Assembly: GCA_964016885.1 (NCBI GenBank)
Contig: OZ024762.1
Location: 13,764,001 to 13,828,000, forward strand
DNA length: 64,000 nucleotides
Direction of reading: 5' to 3'
Source of the DNA: Eledone cirrhosa
Taxonomy: Eukaryota
In this document: piece by piece, positions 12,619 to 25,084 of the stretch
Numbering within the stretch: position 1 is the first letter of the stretch
Layout of the letters: each line of letters begins with the position of its first letter
The notes under the pieces: generated by a model
The model's input: only the letters and a program-made list of their open reading frames with translations
Database searches by the model: none
Told to the model about the DNA's origin: nothing
Position numbers and translations under genes: made by a program

Positions 12619-14256
12619 CTTGGCGGGCAGCAGACCCTGAGTTGGTAGCCGAGTGCACCAGGATGCCACTTGGGGGGCAGCAGACCCTGGGTTGGTAGCC
12701 GAGTGCACCAGGATGCCACTTGGGGGGCAGCAGACCCTGGGTTGGTAGCCGAGTGCACCAGAATGCCACTTGGGGGGCAGCAGACCCTGAGTTGGTAGCC
12801 GAGTGCACCAGGATGCCACTTGGGGGGCAGCAGACCCTGAGTTGGTAGCCGAGTGCACCAGGATGCCACTTGGGGGGCAGCAGACCCTGAGTTGGTAGCC
12901 GAGTGCACCAGGATGCCACTTGGGGGGCAGCAGACCCTGAGTTGGTAGCCGAGTGCACCAGGATGCCACTTGGGGGGCAGCAGACCCTGAGTTGGTAGCC
13001 GAGTGCACCAGGATGCCACTTGGCGGGCAGCAGACCCTGGGTTGGTAGCCGAGTGCACCAGGATGCCACTTGGGGGGCAGCAGACCCTGGGTTGGTAGCC
13101 GAGTGCACCAGGATGCCACTTGGCGGGCAGCAGACCCTGGGTTGGTAGCCGAGTGCACCAGGATGCCACTTGGCGGGCAGCAGACCCTGGGTTGGTAGCC
13201 GAGTGCACCAGGATGCCACTTGGCGGGCAGCAGACCCTGGGTTGGTAGCCGAGTGCACCAGGATGCCACTTGGCGGGCAGCAGACCCTGGGTTGGTAGCC
13301 GAGTGCACCAGGATGCCACTTGGCGGGCAGCAGACCCTGGGTTGGTAGCCGAGTGCACCAGGATGCCACTTGGCGGGCAGCAGACCCTGGGTTGGTAGCC
13401 GAGTGCACCAGGATGCCACTTGGGGGGCAGCAGACCCTGGGTTGGTAGCCGAGTGCACCAGGATGCCACTTGGGGGGCAGCAGACCCTGAGTTGGTAGCC
13501 GAGTGCACCAGGATGCCACTTGGCGGGCAGCAGACCCTGGGTTGGTAGCCGAGTGCACCAGGATGCCACTTGGCGGGCAGCAGACCCTGGGTTGGTAGCC
13601 GAGTGCACCAGGATGCCACTTGGCGGGCAGCAGACCCTGGGTTGGTAGCCGAGTGCACCAGGATGCCACTTGGCGGGCAGCAGACCCTGGGTTGGTAGCC
13701 GAGTGCACCAGGATGCCACTTGGGGGGCAGCAGACCCTGGGTTGGTAGCCGAGTGCACCAGGATGCCACTTGGGGGGCAGCAGACCCTGAGTTGGTAGCC
13801 GAGTGCACCAGGATGCCACTTGGCGGGCAGCAGACCCTGGGTTGGTAGCCGAGTGCACCAGGATGCCACTTGGCGGGCAGCAGACCCTGGGTTGGTAGCC
13901 GAGTGCACCAGGATGCCACTTGGCGGGCAGCAGACCCTGGGTTGGTAGCCGAGTGCACCAGGATGCCACTTGGCGGGCAGCAGACCCTGGGTTGGTAGCC
14001 GAGTGCACCAGGATGCCACTTGGGGGGCAGCAGACCCTGGGTTGGTAGCCGAGTGCACCAGGATGCCACTTGGCGGGCAGCAGACCCTGGGTTGGTAGCC
14101 GAGTGCACCAGGATGCCACTTGGCGGGCAGCAGACCCTGGGTTGGTAGCCGAGTGCACCAGACCCCGGGTTGGTAGCTGAGTGCACCAGGATGCCACTTG
14201 GGGGGCAGCAGACCCCGGGTTGGTAGCCGAGTGCACCAGGATCCCACTTGGGGGTG
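12619..14256. repeat. GC-rich 50-bp minisatellite, ~33 copies
   Basis: Unit TGG[C/G]GGGCAGCAGACCCTG[A/G]GTTGGTAGCCGAGTGCACCAGGATGCCACT; near-identical copies. Confidence 0.98.
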
Positions 14257-15274
14257 ACATAGTTTTCAGGCAGTCTACTGTTTCATATAAACTATTTACT
14301 GGGTTTCTGTTCACAGGTGATTGGGATTCTGTGTTGATTATATCGTTAAAATGTTGATAGCTAAGTAAGTAGAGCATTGATCTGATAGGCTTTGGAAACA
14401 AACATTTTCTCACCGCCCCAATACACACACACATACATACATACATACACACACATACACACACACACGCACCACACACATCACACGCATCCACACGCAT
14501 CCACACGTATCCACACACACCACACACACCACACACACACACACCACACACACCCACCACACACCACACACACACCACACACACCACTCACACACACACA
14601 CACACACTCACTCACACATACACACACACACTCACTCAAACACTGACACACACACACACTGACACACACACACACCACTCACACACACGCCACTCACACA
14701 CACACCACTCACACACACACACACACACACAGACACACACTGACACACACACTGACACACAGCCACACACACTGACACTCAGCCACACACTTACACACAG
14801 CCACACACTTACACACAGCCACACACAGACACACTAACACACACACACTCTCTCACACTCACACACTCACATATACACTCGCTTGATGGAGAAAAAAACT
14901 AGTCAAACCGGTTGATAATAGAAGCAACCCAAATAGCTATTCTTTATATCTCTCTATATATCTCTCTATATATATATGCATGCTACTGTACGTCTGTATA
15001 CATATATGTATGTACGTATACACACATACTTACATCTCTCTATATATATATCCATCTATCTATCATCTTATTCATCCCTCCTCCGCCATCTATTTACATA
15101 CACATATACGTACACTTGCACACTTGCACACATACGTGCATACATACGTGCATACACATATACGTACACTTGCACACACGCACACTTGCACACATACGTG
15201 CCTACATACGTGCATACATATATACGTTCACAAATACATTCATACATATATTCATACATACGCGCACATGCACA

Positions 15275-15418
<144 letters not shown>

Positions 15419-15535
15419 CATACATACATACGCGCACATGCACACACGCACACACACAAACATACATACATACATTCACACACATAACTCCTACATATAT
15501 ATATACAAACAGACACGCACACATATACCCCCCCC

Positions 15536-15593
<58 letters not shown>

Positions 15594-15877
15594 ACATACG
15601 TGGGAAGCCAAGCTGAACTAACTACCACTTATTAAAGACGTAGTATGTTATTGATCCAAATCGAGCATATCATTGATTCCAAAAGTTGTTATTGATCTGG
15701 CAAGTTTAATATATTGATTTATTAATCTATTGTACTAACTGGTTACTATGACAACCATTGCAGTAACTACCTGGGTAAGGTCTTCCTCTTACCCAGGTAG
15801 TACAAGCCTTTAATCATTTCAAACATTGTACCTGTTTTTCAAAAACTGCCTCAAAAGTAAATTTATATATATATATA

Positions 15878-16063
15878 ATTGTTTCTACTTTAGGCACAAG
15901 GCCAGCAAATACCCAGTGTATTACTGGTACTTTATTTTATCGACCCCGTAAGGATGAAAGGCAAAGTCAACCTCGGCGGGATTTGAACTCAGATCGTAAA
16001 GGGACGTAACTATGCTGGAAAGCATGGCGTCCGACCCTCTACCGATACTGCCAATCCACCGCC
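15878..16063 (-). mobile_element. tRNA-derived SINE, full length
   Basis: Reverse complement of GGCGGTGGATTGGCAGTATCGG...GAGTTCAAATCCCGCCGAGG...GTAGAAACAATT. Confidence 0.93.
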
Positions 16064-16239
16064 CTTATAATATATATATAGAGAGAGAGAGGGGAAAAAA
16101 AACGAGGAAGTTTCGTTTACATATAAAAGTTATTTATTGTATATTGAACTGTTACGTGCGTTTCGCAGAGGATTGGTTCAACCTACACTATATATATATA
16201 GAGAGAGAGGCGGACTGGTCAGATTGCCAGTAAGCCTCG

Positions 16240-16727
16240 TTAGCATTGCAGGAGCCCACTGTAGTATTTTAGGGGCCAATGCTTAGCTTTCAAAAAATAC
16301 CTGAAGTCTAAGAGAGAGAATGTTTCTTGAACACCCAAATGATTTAGAAGTCGACCTTCGACCTTAAGTAGGGGCAATAACATTAAGACATGAATGTACC
16401 ACATCATTTTGTTTTGGAAATAGGTTTATAAGTATGAATTTTCATAAGATTTTCGTAGTTGGCTCCGTGGCCTAGCGTAGGACTAGAGACGGTGGAGATC
16501 GGGGTCTTGGGTTCAATGCTGGTCGAGAGATAAATGTCTGTTTCAGTTTTTATTTTATAACCAATAGAAAAAAACTGAAACGGTTTACCGGGAACCCTAC
16601 TCTCGACCAGGATCGAACTCCCGACCAGGATCACCACAGTTTATGATTCTCCCAATTGGGCCACAGAAACAACTACGAAAGTATAATGAAATTTAATAAT
16701 TATAAATAAACCTACTTTCAAAATCAA
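16240..16727 (+). mobile_element. Dispersed repeat with tRNA-like segment and internal inverted duplication
   Basis: 16240-16530 matches 46780-47012 in reverse. A/B-box-like TGGCCTAGCGTAGG...GGTTCAATGC. 16659-16727 is an inverted copy of 16410-16472. Confidence 0.7.
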
Positions 16728-16939
16728 AGTTAAAAAGATATGGTTGGTGTCTTTCATGGCTTTCCTAGAGCTATTAGTGATATTTAGGGTCGACTTGTCA
16801 ATCTTCTGGCTCTTTGGTAACAACCTCACTATTCCTATGTGTATTTAACTATTGAATTAATTTAATTTGATTATTTTAACAAATAATATATATATAATAT
16901 ATATGTGTGTGTGTGTGTGTGTATGTGGTCATGCTTTTG

Positions 16940-17070
16940 AGGTCGATATTATCGATCAGTATATAACTGGTACCTTATCTTAGTGGCCCCTGCAGTTTAC
17001 AAGGCAAAGTTTGTCCCGGCGTTATTTGAACTCAGAACGGAAATAAAGACGGAATACACTCTAAATATTC
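16940..17070 (-). mobile_element. Degenerate SINE
   Basis: ACTGGTACCTTAT...AAGGCAAAGTT...ATTTGAACTCAGAACG. Confidence 0.7.
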
Positions 17071-17268
17071 TGCTTGTAATACAAGTCTCTGTATGGAATA
17101 TTTCTGTCTGTGATCCACGTGTCAGTGTGGGATATTTCTCTCTGTGTGTCTGTGATCCACGTGTCAGTGTGGAATATTTCTGTCTGTCAGAGTAAAATTG
17201 CTGGAAACGCCAGCAGCGGATTTCGAACTAACTGTAATATAAGGATTCATAATTCGATTGTTTGTCAG

Positions 17269-17311
<43 letters not shown>

Positions 17312-17479
17312 TGCACGCACACACACTCAGAGATGCACGCACACACACTCAGAGATACACACACAATCAATTTTGTCTCCAGTTGCACTGGAAGACTTTC
17401 AAACTTTAAAATCTTCGACAACATTTCCGTTTATTTTCAAAACCCTCACAAAATAACCTTTAAATTCTTTGATATATAT

Positions 17480-17528
<49 letters not shown>

Positions 17529-18177
17529 CATACACATACATACATACATACATACACACATATATATATACATACACACATATATATATATATACATACA
17601 CACATATATATATATATATACATACACACATATATATATATATATACATACACACATATATATATATATATACATACACACATATATATATATATATACA
17701 TACACACACACATATATATATATATATACATACATATATATAGGTTTATTTAGATGTATATATGTGTGTGTGTGTATGTAGAATTGTAATTCCTTAACGA
17801 AAAACAACAAGGTAACTCCGCTCCCCCGTTCCTATCCCCTAACCTTTATCGTATCGAATGTCGTGTATTTTGCTAAGGGGAACAATGCTATTCTTTTGTT
17901 CCCCCATGAAGAATGGGTGGGTAAATTAAGCATGCTTGTGCTATTTAATTGTTCCCAAGATAAAGTCTTGAAATCTTAAAGGCTCCAACCATTATCATCA
18001 GTTTCACCATCAAGACATTTATGGCTTTCCTTGCATTTCGAGGAATCGTAAACAATCGTAAACAAAAACGTAAGCAAAAAATGATTTCTAAAAAATCCAT
18101 AAAAAAAATCCACTCAAATAACAAAATTTACACGTGATCCGATATTTTCGCTTAGCGGACAGAAAAAATGAAAGTTA

Positions 18178-18249
<72 letters not shown>

Positions 18250-18299
18250 GAAAGAAGAGTGACACGGTTTGCTATACAAAAAAGGTTTTTAATCTCATT

Positions 18300-18405
18300 G
18301 CTGACAATTGTTTCTCTGAACTGGTAGGTCTAGAGATCGCTCTCCGCTTATTTTCGCGTTACTCGATCGCCAATACAAAATTATAACCAGTCAGTTCATC
18401 GGAGC
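18300..18405 (-). ncRNA. Hammerhead-like motif with long helix II (U4->C variant), family D
   Basis: Minus: GCT-CCGATGA-ACTGACTGGT...ACCAGTTCAGA-GAAAC-AATT-GTC-AGC; lies in an insert flanked by (TA)n. Confidence 0.55.
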
Positions 18406-18447
18406 TTGCGAGAATGAAGAGAATATACAAGCATGAAAGAATATACA

Positions 18448-18503
<56 letters not shown>

Positions 18504-19025
18504 TGTGACCCGTCTGTTTCTTTCTTACTGCTTCCCCTTTTCTCTGTATCTCTCACTTACTTTTACCCCCTCTACCAGTCACTCTCTCTGTTAGACTCTT
18601 CCTCACAATTTCACTGACTCACTCTCTGATACTCCATCTCCCACTTCCTCCCGTTTGACCTGTGCGAGATTCTTTCCTCACTCACATTTCGTCCAAGTCG
18701 GATGGTCTTTCTTCTCTCTCGTCTACGATTTCACAGAACTTATGTTCATCGATTGCAGAAGCCCACTGTAGTATTTTAGTCACCAATGCTAGCATTCTAT
18801 ATGTAGGTGGGCCACCTTCATCTCCTGGCAACCAATATGTTTAGACCCAATCCACCACTGTGTGTGTGTGTGTGTGTGTTTATATATATATATATTTAAA
18901 TGTTAAACAAGGTTCAAAGAATAAAGTTTTACAATAGATTAGAAGCACTCCACAAGAATGGTTTTCTGGAGTTATTAATATTAATTCAAAATATTAACAA
19001 AAATAGACATTCGTTTGATCTAGTA

Positions 19026-19092
19026 TATTTTATTATACATATTTCAGAGGTACTGACTTATATTCAACAGTACGTCCTCATCAGATAAAATA
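19026..19092 (-). ncRNA. Type I hammerhead ribozyme, intact core
   Basis: TATTTTAT-CTGATGA-GGACGTACTG(loop)CAGTACCTCT-GAAA-T-ATGT-A-TA-ATAAAATA: 8-bp helix I, helix II, minimal helix III, AUA site. Confidence 0.85.
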
Positions 19093-19186
19093 AGATCATG
19101 CATGACATACTCTGATTAAGCAGATGGTTAAAATCCATGACTGAATTTTAACCATCTACTTAGTCAGGGTATGTCATGCATCATGT

Positions 19187-19253
19187 TATTTTATTTGATG
19201 AGGACGTACTGTTGAAGATAACTCAGTACCTCTGAAATATGTATAATAAAATA
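19187..19253 (+). ncRNA. Hammerhead copy in inverted arm, core mutated (TTGATGA)
   Basis: Mirror of 19026-19092 with C3->U. Confidence 0.75.
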
Positions 19254-19330
19254 TACTTGATCACACGAATGTCTATTTTTGTTAATATTTTGAATTAATA
19301 TATATACATATATATATACACACACACACA

Positions 19331-19407
19331 CACTGTCCCCTAAAAATATATAACACTTTTATTAGGATACTGTTGAAGTGGGTATACATTTTTGAGGACA
19401 CCCTGTA
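19331..19407. mobile_element. ~75-bp Tc1/mariner-type mini-MITE
   Basis: TIR-like TGTCCCCTAAAAAT...ATTTTTGAGGACACCCTGTA; homologues at 37709, 38203, 38298, 38431, 39463. Confidence 0.7.
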
Positions 19408-19886
19408 TATATATATATGATTATTTTGATGATGTGTACGAAGCTTGTAGGAAGAGTGGGAATTCAAGGTGTGCTTATCATTATTCAAAGCTACGACAAG
19501 ACATATTTTCCTCTATAGAATAGTTGGAAATATATCGAGGATAAAAACCCTCGAGACAGAAAGAATGTAGACAGGATTTCGGCTCAGCCCTGAGTGAGTT
19601 CACGTCGCAACCACATGTTTCTGGGCTCAAACGTATTTATATCACCACCACCACCACCACCACCACCACTAACTCCAACATCATCAACTACAGCAATCAC
19701 AATAAGAAACCACTAACACCATTACCACCTTCAAAAATATCGTCATCATCATCATCATCATCAACCTCAACCACACCAAGTAACCATCATGGCCATCAAC
19801 ATTATCAACAACAAACACCACACCTAGAAGCCACTAACACCACCACCATCCTCACCACCACCATCCTCACCATCAAACACATCATT

Positions 19887-20072
19887 CGGTGGATTGGCAG
19901 TATCGGTAGAGGGTCAGATGCAATGCTTTCCAGCATAGTTACGTCCCTTTACGGTCTGAGTTCAAATCCCGCCGAGGTTGACTTTGCCTTTCATCCTTAC
20001 GGGGTCGATAAAATAGAGTACCTGTAATGTACTGGGGTTATTGCTGGCCTTGTGCCTAAAGTAGAAACAATT
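19887..20072 (+). mobile_element. tRNA-derived SINE, full length
   Basis: A box TGGCAGTATCGG, B box GAGTTCAAATCC, central GCCTTTCATCCTTACGGGGTCGATAAAAT domain, AATT tail. Confidence 0.93.
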
Positions 20073-20214
20073 ATTAACATCAACAAGAAACCACCACCAC
20101 CACCAACACCACCATTAAAATCATCATCATCAACACCAAAAAACCACTAATTCCACCACCATCACCACCATCACCACCATTAAAATCATCATCATCACCA
20201 AGAAACCACTAATT

Positions 20215-20247
<33 letters not shown>

Positions 20248-20715
20248 TCATCATGAACAGTAATCATACAAAGAAACCACTACCTCCACCACTACCAACA
20301 ACAACAACAACAACATCAGCATCAATAACAGCGACACCAAAGAAGCAAAAATCACCACCGCAACCTCCAACAACATAACAACAATAATATGCTTTAGAAG
20401 TCCTCCCACCCCTTCCACAGTCCGCCCCAACACCCCTCCCCTTCCCAAGACTACCATCCCACCCCTTTGCTCAATCGATTGTATCCCTAAAAGAACACAA
20501 ACACACCGTCAGAACCAGCTAACCCCTGACTAAAATACTTAGTAAATAACCATCACATTTGACAGATCTTCCTCATTCTTTTTTAAGGGATCGTTTCTAG
20601 ATTCTCGAATCAAAGCATGCACTAAATATGTTTACAGAGGGGGAGTGAGATAGAGATAGATAGAGAGAGAGTGATAGAGAGAGAGAGTGATAGAGAGATA
20701 GAAAGATAGAGATAC

Positions 20716-20770
<55 letters not shown>

Positions 20771-21103
20771 AAGAATGAGAAATCAAAATGGCGTGTTAAA
20801 GTTTATTGGGGTGTAGGGAGAAGAGAGGTCCACAATTTTTCTTATTGTTTATTCTATACTTTAATTTTCAGTAGTTTTTTTTCTCCTTCATCTCCATTTT
20901 AATATATTTTCCTTCCCTTTTATGTATTTTTCAATTTATTTATTGATATAGTAACTATTATTATTATTGTTGTTGTTGTTGTTGTTGTTTGACATTAAAC
21001 GTCTGTTAGAAATTTTGTGGCTGCTTTACTTGCATTTTGCTTTGTATGGTCTTATATACAATCAGTCAATTTACAACTATGTACATACATGTATATATAT
21101 ATA

Positions 21104-21134
<31 letters not shown>

Positions 21135-21465
21135 GTCTGTATATATGTGTGTGTGTGTGTATATATATGTGTGTATATATATATATCTGTGTGTGAGAAT
21201 ATATATATATGTGTGTGAGTATATATATATATCTGTGTGTATATATATATATGTGTGTGTGTGTATATCTGTGTGTGTATATATATGTGTGTGTATATCT
21301 GTGTGTGTATATATATATCTGTGAGTGTGTGTGTATATATATATATATATGTAGGCATGGACGTTTACACACACATATGTGTATATATACATGCGTATTT
21401 ATAAACCTCCATGCATACATACATATATATATATACACACACACATATATACACACATACTTACA

Positions 21466-21506
<41 letters not shown>

Positions 21507-21558
21507 ATGTGTATATATATATATACGTGTGTATGTATGCGTATATATATATACGCAT

Positions 21559-21621
<63 letters not shown>

Positions 21622-21622
21622 T

Positions 21623-21688
<66 letters not shown>

Positions 21689-21733
21689 GTTTACGACGAA
21701 AGTTGGATTATCTGATCAACCAACTTTCCTCAG

Positions 21734-21777
<44 letters not shown>

Positions 21778-22119
21778 GCAAAGAGAGATCTATTGTATAG
21801 AATATATTTGTGACATTAAATTCCCCAATATTGCTTGTTCGGTATATTTGATATTCCAGTTATCGTACCCTATATATATATATATACACCAAACATATAT
21901 ACTATACACTATATACATATATATATATAGTGTATATATATATATATATAGTGTATATAATAGTTAATTGATGTAGAGTGGAATGGACTTTAGTATTGAA
22001 AATGTTTAGGATTCTAGAAAGGTCTAAGAATTACCTTTATTGAATCTTTCATTAGATACGGATTCATGATGGATGAAAATGTCAGGTTGGCTGGTGTGCT
22101 GTTTCCTTTGTAGTTGACG

Positions 22120-22900
22120 TGGTTAGTGTTGTTAGTGTTGTTGTTGTTGTTGTTGTTGGTGGTGGTGGTAGTCTTGGTGGTGTTGGTGGTGTAGGTGGTG
22201 TTGGTAGTGGTGGTGTTGGTGTAGGTGGTGTTAGTGGTGTTGGTGGTGGTGTTAGTGTTGTTGTTGGTGTTGCTGTTGGTGGTGGTGTTGTTTGTAGTCT
22301 TGGTGGTGTGGTGTTGCTGTTGGTGGTGGTGTTGTTGGTAGTGGTGGTGGTGTTGGTGGTGTTGTTGGTCGTGTTGTTGGTGGTGTGGTGGTGGTGGTGG
22401 TGGTGGTGTTGTTGGTAGTCTTGATAGTGGTGTTGTTGGTGGTGTTATTGATCGTGTTGGTGGTGGTGTTAGTGTTGTTATTGTTGCTGTTGGTGGTGGT
22501 GGTGTGGTGGTGGTGTTGGTGTTGTTGGTGGTGGTATTGTTAGTGTTGCTGGTGTTGGTGGTGTCGGTGTTGGTGTTGTTGTCGTTGTTAGTGTTCTTAA
22601 TCTTTTCTTCTTCGACTTTTTTGTTTTCATTGTCTTTCCTTCTTTTTCTTTTTTCTTTGTTTTCTTTTTCTTTCCTTTTCCTTTCCTTTTCCTTTTTCTC
22701 TCCTTTTTCTTTTTCTTTCCTTTTTCTTCTTCGTCTCTCAATTGTTGTTGGTGTTCTACCTGTTGCTATAGATGTTGTTGTAGTTGTCATAAATGTTGTT
22801 GTTGTCATAGATGTTGTTGTAGTTATTGTTGTTGTTATTGTTGCTATATATATATTGTTGTTGTTATTGTTGCTATGGATGTAGTTATTGTTGTTCTTTT
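22120..22900. repeat. (GGT/GTT)n and CT-rich low-complexity tract
   Basis: Seen directly. Confidence 0.9.
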
Positions 22901-23168
22901 GTTTCATTGTTTTCTTACTATTTCTGTTTTCTTCTTTAAGAAAAGGGAGATAATTTTCTTCTCCTTCTTAAATACTCCACCTGAATACTAATTCTACATT
23001 TTTTTAAATATTTTTTTTTTTTTCGAAACAAAAGAACGAAAGAAAGGCGTGTATATACATTCTACACACATTTACATAGTAATACATGCGCACGCACACA
23101 CCAAACTTTTGTGGTAAACATGTATGTATATATATATATATATAGATTTCTTTATTTACCATAAAGGC

Positions 23169-23213
<45 letters not shown>

Positions 23214-23287
23214 GTGTGTATGATGACTCTGTGATAGACCAGACCAAACTCCAGAGTAACAAGACTCACTATTTAGCCTTAATAAGA

Positions 23288-23352
<65 letters not shown>

Positions 23353-23513
23353 GTGTGTGTACATATACTCACAAAACGTATTCTTTCTAAATAGAGACGA
23401 AAATCCAATCATACTGAGGCATAAAATATCGCCTGTATTGAGTTATATCACAGCCTAGTGATATACTAGTGGATATATATATTTTATATATCACAGCCTA
23501 GTGATATACTAGT

Positions 23514-23575
<62 letters not shown>

Positions 23576-24055
23576 GTGTGTGTGTGTGGCGAAATTTTTT
23601 ATATGTATATGTCTGTGTATGCATGAGAGGCGGTTTCTGTGTAAGTATACATGTTTGTATTGATAGTTTTATATGTGTGCGTATATATATATATGTGTGT
23701 ATATATATATGTGTGTAGAGAGAGAGAGATATATAGAAAGATCCCTCATGCTGGGGCTGTGTGTATGATGTATTAGGTATCCAGTGCAAGCAACATTATT
23801 TCTTCATTCATTACACACACGCACACACACACATACATATATATATACATGCACACACACACATATACACACACACATACACACACAACATACACATACA
23901 CACACACACACACATACACACATAAACACACATACACACATACACATACACACACACACGTATATATATATACATACACAACGCAAAAAAACGATTTAGG
24001 TATATAACATAAAAGTAAACTCAAACACTCTCTCACATATATATACATATATAGC

Positions 24056-24100
<45 letters not shown>

Positions 24101-24528
24101 CCCGTTATATAGACTATAGGAGTATGGAAATAGACGTACATGTAGCTGCGTGAAGGAAATAAGAAAAAAGTGTTGTATCTCTATTGTAGGTTAGGTTAAC
24201 ACCTACTAGAAGTAACAGAGGAAAAACAAGATAAAGTATATATATATATATATATATATGTGTGTATACATACATCATACATACATAGATAGATATGCTA
24301 TATATACAGAGAGAGAGAGTGTGTATGTGTGTGTTTGTGTATACATACATCATACATACATAGACAGATATGCTATATATATATATAATGTGTGTGTGTA
24401 AAATTGCAGCTCTGAAATTGAATTCTTTTATATAAGGCACGATTGTAAACAGCACCCTGCTGTAGAGCGAACAAGTTGGAAGCCATGTTTAAGTGAAATA
24501 ACCTTCACTATAGTCTTGTTGAAATGGA

Positions 24529-24990
24529 AAACAACAACAACAACATTAGGAACAACAGGAACAACAACAACATTAGATACAGGAACAACAACAGCAGCAA
24601 TAGCAGCAACAGTAACAGCAGCAACAAAACAACAATATCAGCAACAATAACATCAGCAATAACAACAATAACAGCAACAACAACAATAACAACAATAACA
24701 ATAACAGCAATAACAATAACAGCAATAACAACATTAATAACAATAACAACAATAACAACAGCAATAACAACAATAACAATAACAACAATAACGATAACAA
24801 TAACAATAACAACAATAACCACAATAACAACATTAACTACAATAGCAACAACAATAACATTAACTACAATAGCAACAACAATAACAACAGCAATAACAAT
24901 AACAACAACAATAACAACATTAACTACAATAGCAACAACGTTATGAAAACGTAAAAGCGAACAGCAATAATGCAAACAACAACAACAGTA
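24529..24990. repeat. (AAC/AAT)n trinucleotide tract
   Basis: Seen directly. Confidence 0.9.
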
Positions 24991-25084
24991 TAATCCCCAT
25001 TAATCAATCAATATGAAAATCGATAATTCGATACATAGATGAACATTAAAAACGAATAAACAACATCAGTGTTTTTAAGTATGG

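Larger units (their letters stand above)
18896..19300 (-). mobile_element. Fold-back hammerhead element, family A copy 1 (tail 18896-18978, palindrome 18979-19300)
   Basis: ~155-bp inverted arms around a 10-nt loop (19135-19144), flanked by (TA)n; homologous to 44079-44511. Confidence 0.88.

Noticed and set aside
12456-12698. DPELVAECTR as the start of an RTE endonuclease
   Set aside because: Lacks the preceding TWNV motif; similarity is too weak.
12619-14256. CRISPR-like array (also 9702, 11590, 28508)
   Set aside because: Contiguous tandem units with no unique spacers, no cas genes, and a eukaryotic context.
12384-14587. 559-667 aa ORFs on the minus strand
   Set aside because: A 50-bp unit is not a multiple of 3, and the frames are open only because the unit lacks stops. 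This is a minisatellite, not a CDS.
16715-16835. Minus-strand exon candidate IVRLLPKSQKIDKST
   Set aside because: The apparent donor lies inside an inverted repeat copy, and no homology is recognised.
19887-19975. tRNA gene
   Set aside because: A and B boxes are present but there is no cloverleaf; the sequence continues into the SINE body found in many copies.
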